Origin: Clostridia bacterium
GTDB taxonomy: Bacteria > Bacillota > Clostridia > Oscillospirales > CAG-272
Reading direction: 5' to 3'
NCBI GenBank assembly: GCA_017463445.1
Contig: JAFTPF010000137.1
Coordinates: forward strand, 1 to 50,890
Length of the DNA stretch: 50,890 nucleotides
Part shown: positions 1 to 8,587 of the stretch, one piece after another
How positions within the stretch are numbered: the stretch's first letter is position 1
Layout: every line of letters begins with the position of its first letter
The notes under the pieces: generated by a model
What the model was told of the DNA's origin: nothing
Database searches by the model: none
Seen by the model: only the letters and a program-made list of their open reading frames with translations
Program-made: the position numbers and the translations under genes

Positions 1-1
1 A

Positions 2-574
2 ATCGTATTCGGCGGCAGACGCGCTAAGACCGCTCCTCTGGTTTACCAATCCTTCGGCTGGCAGCACGGCTCCTTCGTCGGCTCCATCATGGCCTCCGAG
101 ACCACTGCAGCTGCTGCAGGCGCTCTGGGCGTGGTTCGCCGCGACCCCATGGCTATGCGTCCCTTCGTTGGCTACAACATGGGTGACTACTGGAAGCACT
201 GGCTGGATATGGGCAAGATCATTCCCAACGCTCCTCAGATCTTCCACGTCAACTGGTTCCGTACCGATGACGAAGGCAACTTCATTTGGCCGGGATTTGG
301 CGACAACATGAGAGTTCTGGAGTGGATCCTGGCGCGTTGCGAAGGCAAGGTTGACGCTGTTGAGACCGCTATCGGCTACGTTCCCAAGCCCGAGGACATC
401 AACATCGAGGGTCTGGATCTGTCCGCTGAGACTCTGGCCGATCTGCTTTCGGTTGACGCTGAGTCCTGGAAGGCTGACATCGCCAACATCAAGGACTTCT
501 ACAACATGGTCGGCGACCGTGTTCCCGCCGAAATGTGGGAAGAGCTGGCTGCTCTGGAAGCAAGACTTGGCTAA
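2..574 (+). CDS. pckG: GTP-dependent phosphoenolpyruvate carboxykinase, C-terminal part (5' end outside the window)
   Basis: Frame is open from base 2 (IVFGGRRAKTAPLVYQ...). Motifs VRRDPMAMRPF, IFHVNWFR and FIWPGFGDNMRVLEW are typical of PEPCK(GTP). Confidence 0.95.
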   Translation: MVFGGRRAKTAPLVYQSFGWQHGSFVGSIMASETTAAAAGALGVVRRDPMAMRPFVGYNMGDYWKHWLDMGKIIPNAPQIFHVNWFRTDDEGNFIWPGFGDNMRVLEWILARCEGKVDAVETAIGYVPKPEDINIEGLDLSAETLADLLSVDAESWKADIANIKDFYNMVGDRVPAEMWEELAALEARLG

Positions 575-592
575 TCATTGAATATCTAAAAT

Positions 593-623
593 CAGTGGCT
601 GCCGCAAGGCAGCCATTGTTTTT
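593..623 (+). terminator. Rho-independent terminator after pckG
   Basis: CAGTGGCTGCC-GCAA-GGCAGCCATTG followed by TTTTT. Confidence 0.8.
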
Positions 624-627
624 AGTT

Positions 628-732
628 GTCGGGGAGCACGCTCCCTGACAACCTTGAGGCAACTTCTTGAGAGAAGTTCCCTCAAACTCCCTCAAGAACT
701 GTACTAAAAGCGCCGCTGTTGCTTGCAGCGCA
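628..732 (+). repeat. REP-like multi-hairpin repeat, copy 1
   Basis: GGGGAGC..GCTCCC hairpin, AACTTCT-TGAG-AGAAGTT hairpin, then CAAGAACT..TAAAAGCGCCGC; motifs shared with copies near 8.4, 12.3, 24.0 and 25.7 kb. Confidence 0.7.
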
Positions 733-784
733 GGAGATTTTCGTTCAGAACGGCGACAATTTTTTCGTTTTTTTGAAAAACGTT

Positions 785-819
785 GCAACAAAATGCGCGT
801 ATTTAGGGATTTATAAGTG
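785..819 (+). promoter_or_regulatory. Putative ECF sigma-dependent promoter upstream of the lipoprotein array
   Basis: 28/35 identity to the reverse complement of 19169-19203, which lies directly upstream of the ECF sigma gene. Confidence 0.55.
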
Positions 820-962
820 TAGGAAAAGATGCTTTGCCTTGGAATCGAGGCAGACGATTCCTTTTCTTCGCTAATTCGCAAAAAAGTCTTTACAAATCCA
901 TCGTTTTGTGCTATACTGATGATGACGATACAGAAAAAATAATCTGAAAGGATGATACTGAT

Positions 963-1874
963 ATGAAAAAGATCACCAAGGCTCTTACTCTTCTGCTCTC
1001 CGGACTGCTCTGCTCCGCTTGTCTGCTGTCCTGCGCCGGGGAGGACCCCCGCCGAAATGATCGTGACGATGATGACGATGAGGCGGCCGTACAGACCACT
1101 ACCGGCGAGGCTGTTGACAATGTGCCCGACGGTGATGAGGTCACCGATAAGCTCACCCAGGAAAATGTGCTCAGTCAGGTGACCGAGAGAATGCGTCAGC
1201 TGAAAAGCTACTCTATGGGTGCAGAGATGAAGATGAATATGACTATGATGGGTATGTCCATCGCCGCAAACATGGAAATAGACGCTATTATGGATGCCGA
1301 GGGCAAACGCAACTGGACTGAAACCACCACCGAGATGCTGGGCGAGAATGTTACCGCCGTCGTCTATTACGACGAGGAGGTCTACTACATAGAGTCCGAC
1401 GGTCAGAAGATGGTTGCCGAGATGGACGAAGATGTGCTGGATTCCATGGTCAGCGAGGAGACCGAGGTCACCAATCTGGATCCCTCTTACTTTGAATCCT
1501 TCAAGCTTTACTCCGCCGATGACGGCTATCTGCTGGTCATCTCCGGCCTTAAAGAAGGCAGCAGTCTGCTGGGCTCTGCGATGAATTCGGCTATGCTGGA
1601 GGGCTACGAGGTGGATCTGAGCGACATCGAGATCGAAATGACCATTTCCGCTGACTACTGCGTCACCGAGATGACCATGACGATGACCATGAGCATGAAC
1701 ATGGACGAAGCGCTGGAGGATATGGGCGAAATGCAGATGGGTGATATGACCGCTACGGTGGAGATGAACATCACCTACTCCGATTTCGACAGTGCTGCCG
1801 GCAAGCTCGTTAAGCCCGATATGACCGGTGCGGAAGAATTTGATCTGGAGGATCTGCTGGCACTCACCGCCTGA
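963..1874 (+). CDS. Lipoprotein, acidic and Met-rich, possibly LolA/LppX-like beta-sheet fold
   Basis: GAAAGGA RBS; signal peptide with lipobox LLSC; alternating beta-strand pattern (EMTMTMTMSM). Confidence 0.75.
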   Translation: MKKITKALTLLLSGLLCSACLLSCAGEDPRRNDRDDDDDEAAVQTTTGEAVDNVPDGDEVTDKLTQENVLSQVTERMRQLKSYSMGAEMKMNMTMMGMSIAANMEIDAIMDAEGKRNWTETTTEMLGENVTAVVYYDEEVYYIESDGQKMVAEMDEDVLDSMVSEETEVTNLDPSYFESFKLYSADDGYLLVISGLKEGSSLLGSAMNSAMLEGYEVDLSDIEIEMTISADYCVTEMTMTMTMSMNMDEALEDMGEMQMGDMTATVEMNITYSDFDSAAGKLVKPDMTGAEEFDLEDLLALTA

Positions 1875-1884
1875 TCTTCACCTG

Positions 1885-1921
1885 CAAAAGAGAACTCTGA
1901 AAAGGAGTTCTCTTTTGTTTT
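1885..1921 (+). terminator. Rho-independent terminator
   Basis: CAAAAGAGAACTC-TGAAAAG-GAGTTCTCTTTTG followed by a T run. Confidence 0.75.
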
Positions 1922-1953
1922 GCGGTAAAACAGGGCGTTTTTGCCGTTTTTCC

Positions 1954-1982
1954 TTGACAAATCGGCAGATCGGTGGTATACT
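1954..1982 (+). promoter_or_regulatory. sigmaA promoter for lipoproteins 2-4
   Basis: TTGACA-17 bp-TATACT with a TG extended -10. Confidence 0.75.
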
Positions 1983-2023
1983 GTCAGGTAGATACTCTTC
2001 GAATTACCGAAAGGATGAATTCT

Positions 2024-3322
2024 ATGATAAAACCTATCAAATGGCTGGCTCTGCTGACTGCGGGATTGACCCTGACCGCTTCCCTTCTGTCCTGCGGCGG
2101 CACGAACGAAGGCACCGCTCCGGGCGGCGATGATCCCAACCAGCAGGAAAACGGCGGTCAAAGCAACAATGGAAGTATCGAAAACAATCAAGGATACGAC
2201 GGACTGTCCCCCGAGGGCGTGTATAACGCAATGTTGGAGGCGGATGACTATATTGCCGTTGCTACTATAACCCGCACCTACAACGGAGAAACCGCCACCG
2301 CAACGCTGAAAGCAGAAAAGGACGATCACCGCGTCCGTTTGAGCGAAACCTACAATTCTGCCGACGGCTCCGAATCCGAGACCTTTTACTGCGATCTGAG
2401 CGCAAAACACTGGTATCAGCAGTCGGACGGCATCTGGCTCTATACCTCCAACGACTACACCATCCAGGATCTGCTGAAGAACCTTACCCAAAGCTCCCAC
2501 GAGCTGCTGTTCGAGGACGACCACTACCACGAATACAACGAAACCGCAGGTTATCTTGCCAAAGCCGAGGCGCTTGCCGAGCACTTTGAGGATAGTTCCG
2601 AAGGCATCACCTATACCCTGAGCATGACCCCCGGCGAGGATGTTTACACCTTTTTGATCTCCGGCATCACCGAGGAGATCACGATGGTGCTGGAGCTGAA
2701 GATCACCTTCCAATCGGTGAGCGTGACCCTGCCCGAAGCAGGGACTCCTGAGAGCGGCTCCCCCGACATCGATGACAAGCCTGTTCAAACGCAAGATCCC
2801 GATGATAAACCCTCTCAGCCGACAGTAAATTATCCCTCCACCGACATCTATCAGCGTCTGTTGGAGGTAGATAATGTCGTCATCAACACATCCTACAAGC
2901 TAAACAAGGTTTCGAAGGGCAATTCCGATCTGATCAAGGACGGTCATCTGATCCTGCGGAACAACTATAACGTAGAGTCTTACATCGATTTGAATGACCG
3001 GGTTTCTTACAGATATTCCGATGGCAATTGGGTACTTCAAGACATCGACAACGGAATAAACTGGGAATTTTTCCTGGATAGCGTGGGGCTTTCCAAGGAT
3101 TGGTGGGGATTCCAATATGAGCTCTTTGACTCTTACTCCGAGGAGGCGGGCGGTATGCCCCTCAGCGAAGCCGCCGCCGCGACCTATCGCGTGGAAGACG
3201 CGCTCTTCCGCTACGATGCCGACACCGACACGTATATTTTCACCTATACTATGAGTCCCTACGATTATACATTCAGCATCAGCTTTACCGACACCGCGGT
3301 CACCATACCCGTGGTAGGATAA
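2024..3322 (+). CDS. Lipoprotein with two tandem copies of the array domain
   Basis: GAAAGGA RBS before ATG 2024; lipobox LLSC; two internal domains (SPEGVYNAMLEADD...EKDD...SVTLP and STDIYQRLLEVDN...IKDG...AVTIP). Confidence 0.75.
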   Translation: MIKPIKWLALLTAGLTLTASLLSCGGTNEGTAPGGDDPNQQENGGQSNNGSIENNQGYDGLSPEGVYNAMLEADDYIAVATITRTYNGETATATLKAEKDDHRVRLSETYNSADGSESETFYCDLSAKHWYQQSDGIWLYTSNDYTIQDLLKNLTQSSHELLFEDDHYHEYNETAGYLAKAEALAEHFEDSSEGITYTLSMTPGEDVYTFLISGITEEITMVLELKITFQSVSVTLPEAGTPESGSPDIDDKPVQTQDPDDKPSQPTVNYPSTDIYQRLLEVDNVVINTSYKLNKVSKGNSDLIKDGHLILRNNYNVESYIDLNDRVSYRYSDGNWVLQDIDNGINWEFFLDSVGLSKDWWGFQYELFDSYSEEAGGMPLSEAAAATYRVEDALFRYDADTDTYIFTYTMSPYDYTFSISFTDTAVTIPVVG

Positions 3323-3337
3323 AGAAAGGATAATAGC

Positions 3338-4162
3338 ATGAAACGATCCGCCAAGCTACTCTCCCTGCTGACGGCAGGGCTGCTGACTCTGTCCCTGCTT
3401 GCCGCCTGCGGCGATGCGGATGACGGTAACGAAATCACCACCGTCACGACACAAACAGGCGATCCTGTCACCTATGAGGGACTGACCCCTGCACAGGTCT
3501 ACGACACCCTTCTGCAGACCGAGGATTTCGTCTTTATCACCGTGATGAACCGTCAGGTGACCGGAGCAACGATCTCCATGACCTATATGCTGGAAAAGGA
3601 CGACAATACTCTGCGCTATACCGTCCATCAGGATGCCGAGGATGACACCTACGACGTCAGTTCGGTAATCTATATTGATTTGAAGGAAGGCATCTGCATC
3701 GCCCCCGACGGAGACGAATGGTATGTGCTGGAGCAGTCCGGGGACATCAGCGTGGCAGCTTTGGTGGAGAACTGTACCCCTGCCGATCTGCTGTTTGACA
3801 ACGGCAATTACAGCGTCAGCGGCGGCAAATACACCCTGACTAAGGACGCGATCCTGACGATCATCGGCAGTACCACCGCCACCGTTTCGGGCAAGATGAT
3901 CTCTGATGGCGATACCTATACATTTGACGTGGTGACCAAGGAGGCGGGCAATACCGTTACCATGACCACTAAGGTAATCTTCCGCAATGTGGGCGTGGAT
4001 ATGCCCGAATATTCCCCGGGCGCAGCCGCGAGCGGATCTGCCGCTACCGATGAGGGCGAGCAAGAGCCCGAGGCACCCGTAACCGAAGTGCCCGAAGAAA
4101 ACGAGAACGTTGATGGCGGTGAGAGCGCAGACAACGCCGATGACGCCAACGGCGGAGCGTAA
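3338..4162 (+). CDS. Lipoprotein, paralog of 2024..3322
   Basis: Lipobox LAAC; shared motifs GLTPAQVYDTLL, LEKDD, IYIDL, LLFD. Confidence 0.75.
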   Translation: MKRSAKLLSLLTAGLLTLSLLAACGDADDGNEITTVTTQTGDPVTYEGLTPAQVYDTLLQTEDFVFITVMNRQVTGATISMTYMLEKDDNTLRYTVHQDAEDDTYDVSSVIYIDLKEGICIAPDGDEWYVLEQSGDISVAALVENCTPADLLFDNGNYSVSGGKYTLTKDAILTIIGSTTATVSGKMISDGDTYTFDVVTKEAGNTVTMTTKVIFRNVGVDMPEYSPGAAASGSAATDEGEQEPEAPVTEVPEENENVDGGESADNADDANGGA

Positions 4163-4181
4163 CGCGGCACAGAAAGGATGA

Positions 4182-4880
4182 TTGATGATGCGATTGACTC
4201 AATTTTTGACCGTCTGCCTGTGCGGTCTGCTGATCTGCTCCGCGCTGTGCGGATGCGAGAGCAAGAAAGAGGGGGCTGCCACTCCAAGCGGAGATGAGCC
4301 GGGCGCCAGCGTCGGCTCCGAGCAGTTCACCCCCGAGGACGTGTTTCAGCTGCTGACCGGCGCGGACGATGTGAAGCTGAGCGTAGTCTACACCGAGGTG
4401 GAAAAAAGCGGAACGGTAAACATCAGTGAGTCTGCCGTGGTGGAAAAGGACGGCGATCTGGTGAAGGCCGTGCTTGCCGACAACGACGAGAACAACGTCT
4501 ATTATTACGATCTGGACGCCATGCTGGGCTACGAGCAGAACGACAACGGCACCTGGGAGAGCGTATCGGTAGAAGAATCGGTCCCCGATTGGCAGGCTTG
4601 TCTGGATATGGCGTTTGCCATCGAGGGGATGAACAGCCGCATTGAATGGCTGTTTTCCTCCGACACCTATGAGGCATACGATGCTAAAACGGGGCGCTGT
4701 ATGATGAAAACCGACGAGATGGTCGGCTTCTTCGGCGAAAACTGGACCGAAATGACCGCCTATCTGATGCAGAGCGGTGACACCTACTACCTGTATATGT
4801 CCACCGCCGACGATATCGGCACCTTCACCTACAAGTTGGAAATGGAATACGCCGACGTCAGCGTGACGCTTCCCAAATAA
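4182..4880 (+). CDS. Lipoprotein, paralog of 2024..3322
   Basis: Lipobox LCGC; shared motifs FTPEDVFQLL, VEKDGD, YYYDL, VSVTLPK. Confidence 0.75.
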   Translation: MMMRLTQFLTVCLCGLLICSALCGCESKKEGAATPSGDEPGASVGSEQFTPEDVFQLLTGADDVKLSVVYTEVEKSGTVNISESAVVEKDGDLVKAVLADNDENNVYYYDLDAMLGYEQNDNGTWESVSVEESVPDWQACLDMAFAIEGMNSRIEWLFSSDTYEAYDAKTGRCMMKTDEMVGFFGENWTEMTAYLMQSGDTYYLYMSTADDIGTFTYKLEMEYADVSVTLPK

Positions 4881-4881
4881 G

Positions 4882-4986
4882 AACACCCCTCTGCACGAAC
4901 TGTTGTGCAGAGGGGTGTTGTGTGGTGGGGGAGTGCGAGCATCGACCACCAAAAACAAACCTCTGCACGGCTTTGCCGTGCAGAGG
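4882..4986. terminator. Paired related hairpins between convergent genes (bidirectional terminator region)
   Basis: Two hairpins share the stem CCTCTGCAC...GTGCAGAGG (4882-4919 and 4960-4986). Confidence 0.6.
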
Positions 4987-5023
4987 CGTTGGGTGACTGT
5001 ATATTATCGTCGGAAAAGCCTGC

Positions 5024-6712
5024 TCAGACGCTGTTTTTCTCCAGCCATTCGTCCAGCTCGGCGGTGATCGCCTTCAGCGTGCCTTCCTGCAAGGGTGACT
5101 TGAGTCCCACCGCTTCGATGAGCCCCACGAAGGTCTTGGTTCCGCCCAGCTTCACGAAGTCCAGATACTTCTCCCAGGCGTACTTCGGATCCTGCAGGTG
5201 GAGCGAGAAGAACTCCAGCGACATCGCCTGCGCCATGCAGTAGTCCAGATAGTAGAAGGGATAGAGGTAGATGTGAAGCTGTCTCTGCCAGCCTGCACCT
5301 CTGCCATAGAAGGGGAGACCCTCCATATTCAGATAGGGACGGTAGATCTTCTCCAGCCTTGCCCACTCGGCGTTGCGCTCGGCGGGGGTCAGCTCGGGAT
5401 TGGAGTAGACGATCTCCTGGAAGTGGTCAACCATGGTGCCGTAGGGCAGGAAGATCAGCGCATCCTCGGCGTGGGACTGAGCGTACTTGGCAGTGTCCTC
5501 CTTGAAGAAGAGGTGGTGCCAAGGCGAGGTCAGAAACTCCATAGACATGGAGTGGGTTTCGGCGCCTTCCATGGAAGGCTGACGGATCATCGACCAGGGA
5601 ATAGTCTTGTAGGACATATAGGCGGCGAAGGCGTGACCTGCCTCGTGGGTGAGAACGTCCACGTCGCCTGCGGTTCCGTTGAAGTTGGAAAAGATGAAGG
5701 GAACTTCGTACTCGGACAGCTCGGTGCAGTAGCCGCCGGGGGCTTTGCCCTCCTTTGCCAGCACATCGAAGAGGTCCATTTCAAACATCATGTCGATGAA
5801 CTCGGCGGTCTCGGGGGACATTTCGGTGTACATTTGCTTGCCGGCCGCCAGGATCTCCTCGGGAGTTCCCTTGGGCGTGGGATTGCCGTCGGGGAAGACG
5901 AAGCCGTTGTCGTAGAACTTGAAGTCCGCAACACCGATGCGCTCCTTCTGGCGAGCCTTGATCTTGTCGACCACGGGGACTACGTCCTTGATAATCTGGC
6001 GGCGGAAGGTGGCAACCTCGGGCAGACCGTAACAGTTGCGCTGACGTCGGAGATAGCCCAGCGGGACGAAATTGTCAAAGCCCAGCTTCTTTGCCTGCTC
6101 GGTACGGTTCTTCACCAGCTTGTCGAAGATCTCGTCGAATTTCGCCTGATTGGCGTCAAAGAATCTGCCTTCGGCTTCCACGGCGGCTTTGCGGACGGCA
6201 CGGTCGGGGGACTGCTTGTAGATGCCCAGCTGAGCGACGGTCAGCTCCTTGCCGTCGAAGGGGATCCTTGCAGAGGCGTAGAGCTTCTGGTATTCGGAGG
6301 TGAGGGCGTTCTCCTCCTGCATCAGCGGGATGATTTCGGGAGAGAAGGATCTGATCTCCATCTCGGTGTTGATGAAGGTGACCTCGCCCAGCTCCTTTTC
6401 CAACTCGGCACGGAAGGGAGAGTTCACCATCGCCAGCGAGAGTAGCTGAGACTTCTCGGCGATCAGGGGACCCACTTGGTCGTAAAAGTCACGTTCGCCC
6501 TCGTAAAAGGCGTCACGAGTGTCCACGGAATTGCGGATAGAGGCGATAGTCGCCATAGTGCCGAAGACGGAACTGATCTTCTCTACGTTACGAAGCACAT
6601 CGAGTTGCTCCTTCGCTGAGGTCGCAGCGGCGAACTGCTCGGCAGCATCGGTCAAGTCGGCAAGCAGCCGATCCACGTCGGGGCGGGTGTAGGGCATTTC
6701 GGAAAATTTCAT
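5024..6712 (-). CDS. M3 family oligoendopeptidase (PepF-like)
   Basis: Zinc motif HEAGH, AETHSMSMEF and WQRQLHIYLYPFYYLDY; start MKFSEMPYTRP after a GAAAGGA RBS. Confidence 0.92.
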   Translation of the reverse strand: MKFSEMPYTRPDVDRLLADLTDAAEQFAAATSAKEQLDVLRNVEKISSVFGTMATIASIRNSVDTRDAFYEGERDFYDQVGPLIAEKSQLLSLAMVNSPFRAELEKELGEVTFINTEMEIRSFSPEIIPLMQEENALTSEYQKLYASARIPFDGKELTVAQLGIYKQSPDRAVRKAAVEAEGRFFDANQAKFDEIFDKLVKNRTEQAKKLGFDNFVPLGYLRRQRNCYGLPEVATFRRQIIKDVVPVVDKIKARQKERIGVADFKFYDNGFVFPDGNPTPKGTPEEILAAGKQMYTEMSPETAEFIDMMFEMDLFDVLAKEGKAPGGYCTELSEYEVPFIFSNFNGTAGDVDVLTHEAGHAFAAYMSYKTIPWSMIRQPSMEGAETHSMSMEFLTSPWHHLFFKEDTAKYAQSHAEDALIFLPYGTMVDHFQEIVYSNPELTPAERNAEWARLEKIYRPYLNMEGLPFYGRGAGWQRQLHIYLYPFYYLDYCMAQAMSLEFFSLHLQDPKYAWEKYLDFVKLGGTKTFVGLIEAVGLKSPLQEGTLKAITAELDEWLEKNSV

Positions 6713-6721
6713 GATGGAATC

Positions 6722-6810
6722 CTTTCTTGGAGACACTTCCGAAGGAAATTTCTCCATTAACCTCCCAAAGAACTTCCCTTAGGCAAAATTGCTTTGCAAT
6801 TTTGCGGGGA
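6722..6810 (+). repeat. Degenerate REP-like repeat, copy 2
   Basis: GGAGACACTTCC-GAA-GGAAATTTCTCC hairpin, then CCCAAAGAACTT and a GCAAAATTGC-TTT-GCAATTTTGC hairpin. Confidence 0.4.
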
Positions 6811-6985
6811 TAGGTTTGGAGGTTCGTTTTTCTCATAGTATTATTTTACCATATTACGGCGTGGAATGCAAGTAAATGGCAGAAAATTCCAAGAAATATT
6901 TACAAAATATCGATTGACAAACCGCCACCCCTCGTGTACAATGGGAGGACCAACACCGCTGATTTTGTTTGAAAGGAACGCTAAA

Positions 6986-7834
6986 ATGGGTTCTGAACAT
7001 ACTACGGGCGCATCCACAGCCGCCCCTACCCGAAACTGGGCTCCCGAGCCGGAAAAGATCGTCTCGGGACTGGATTTCACCGTCGATACCGACCGAATGC
7101 TCTCCCTCGCCATCCAGATCTCCTCCAAAATGTTGGAATCGGGAGCGGAGATCCACCGCGTGGAGGACACCCTCACCCGCATCTGCCGCGCATACGGCGC
7201 ACGAGAAGTGCAGGCATTCTCCATTCCCTCGCTGGTGGCGGCTACCGTCACCATGCCCGACGGCTATCATAAGACCGAGATCTTCCGCATCACCTCCATC
7301 TCCAACCGTTACGACGTGCTGGAAAATCTCAACGCCCTCTCCCGCCGTATCTGCGCTTCCCCCATCCCTCTGGATGTGCTGGAAGCGGAATTTGAAAAAG
7401 CCAAGACCCCCGACCACCGTCCCAAATGGCTGCTGATGCTCTGCGGCATCGTTGCGGCTGCCGGATTTACCCTCTTCTTCGGGGGTGACTGGCGGGACGC
7501 CATTGCCGCCCTCCCCGTGGGCGCACTGCTGACCTTCCTGGATCTGACCAAGCCCGTCAAGCTCCACGTCCTCGCCTACACCCTGCTGGCATCGGTAGCG
7601 GCAGGTCTGCTCTGCATTCTCACCTTTTACGTAGGACTCGCCTGCCACATGGATAAGGTGATGATCGGCGGCATTATGCTGCTGATCCCCGGGCTCTCCT
7701 TCGGCGCGTCCATCCGTGAACTGCTCTGCGGGGACATCATCGCCGGTTGCCTAAGAATGATCCAAGCCCTGCTCACCGCCGTCTGCATTGCCGCAGGCTT
7801 CGCGGTTGCCGTCGTTATCGGGGGGTGGTTCTGA
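6986..7834 (+). CDS. Threonine/serine exporter family protein (ThrE domain)
   Basis: MLESGAEIHRVEDT, LNALSRRIC and IMLLIPGL motifs; several TM helices. Confidence 0.88.
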   Translation: MGSEHTTGASTAAPTRNWAPEPEKIVSGLDFTVDTDRMLSLAIQISSKMLESGAEIHRVEDTLTRICRAYGAREVQAFSIPSLVAATVTMPDGYHKTEIFRITSISNRYDVLENLNALSRRICASPIPLDVLEAEFEKAKTPDHRPKWLLMLCGIVAAAGFTLFFGGDWRDAIAALPVGALLTFLDLTKPVKLHVLAYTLLASVAAGLLCILTFYVGLACHMDKVMIGGIMLLIPGLSFGASIRELLCGDIIAGCLRMIQALLTAVCIAAGFAVAVVIGGWF

Positions 7835-8292
7835 TGAATTCAGCCGAACTCATGGAGATGCTCTTTTCCACCTTCGCCATCGCCGCCAGCACCCTGATCT
7901 ACGCCGTCCTCATGCGGGTCAAGCTCCGTCACCTGCCATCCATCGGATTGGGCGCGGGAATGACCTACCTCATCTTCGCACTGCTGAACTCCGTCGGCTT
8001 ATCCCTGCTCCTATCCAATATGATCGCCGCAATGATCGCCACTATCTACGGCGAGATCATGGCGCGCCTCTTCAAAGCCCCAGTTACCATCTATTCCCTA
8101 CCCTCCATCATCCCGCTGGTTCCCGGCGGCAGCCTCTACTACGCCATGGCCGCTCTGATGAACGGCAATGAGGCGGAATTCGTGAGCCGCGGCACCGATA
8201 CCGTCATGATCGCCTTGGGTCTCGCCATTGGCATCATCTCCGTCTCGGTCATTGGCGTCTTTTTGCCCAGACCGGGGTTTAAGCGGAAATGA
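7834..8292 (+). CDS. Threonine/serine exporter family protein (second ThrE subunit)
   Basis: TGATG stop/start overlap; MARLFKAPVT..SIIPLVPGGSLYY motif. Confidence 0.85.
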   Translation: MNSAELMEMLFSTFAIAASTLIYAVLMRVKLRHLPSIGLGAGMTYLIFALLNSVGLSLLLSNMIAAMIATIYGEIMARLFKAPVTIYSLPSIIPLVPGGSLYYAMAALMNGNEAEFVSRGTDTVMIALGLAIGIISVSVIGVFLPRPGFKRK

Positions 8293-8326
8293 AATGCCTC
8301 CGGCGACCCGCTTTCTTGATAAGAAT

Positions 8327-8586
8327 TGTAATTCGCCTTTGGCGAATTACATGGAGTTTATTGTAGTTGCTTTGCAACTGCAATAAACATCTGAGCGGGG
8401 CAAAGAACTTTTATAAAAGGCGGCAAATACTTGCCGTCTACGTAAAACAATATCGCTCCGAATGTTGGATCATCGAAATCCTTCATTCGGAGCGTTGTCT
8501 ATATGTACCGGGCAAGTATTTGCACGGCTTATTAATAGTTCTTGAGGGGTTCTTAGGGGAACTTCTTGAAAGAAGTTCCCCTAAGC
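8327..8586. repeat. Large palindromic REPIN-like element (two head-to-head REP-like arms) preceded by small hairpins, copy 3
   Basis: Left arm CAAAGAACTTTTATAAAAG-GCGGCAAATACTTGCC, central hairpin CGCTCCGAATG...CATTCGGAGCG, right arm GGCAAGTATTTGC...AGTTCTTGAG-GGGGAACTTCTTGAAAGAAGTTCCCC. Confidence 0.75.
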
Positions 8587-8587
8587 G

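Noticed and set aside
829-942. Short ORF (MLCLGIEADD...) after the putative ECF promoter
   Set aside because: Weak RBS, overlaps a sigmaA-like promoter of the lipoprotein gene and has no recognisable features.
5198-6445. Long antisense ORFs (also 1775..2794, 12497..13633, 17366..18652, 27479..28600, 36775..38016, 47130..48644, 49045..50085)
   Set aside because: They mirror well-supported genes on the opposite strand, as expected from high-GC codon bias, and show no recognisable motifs.
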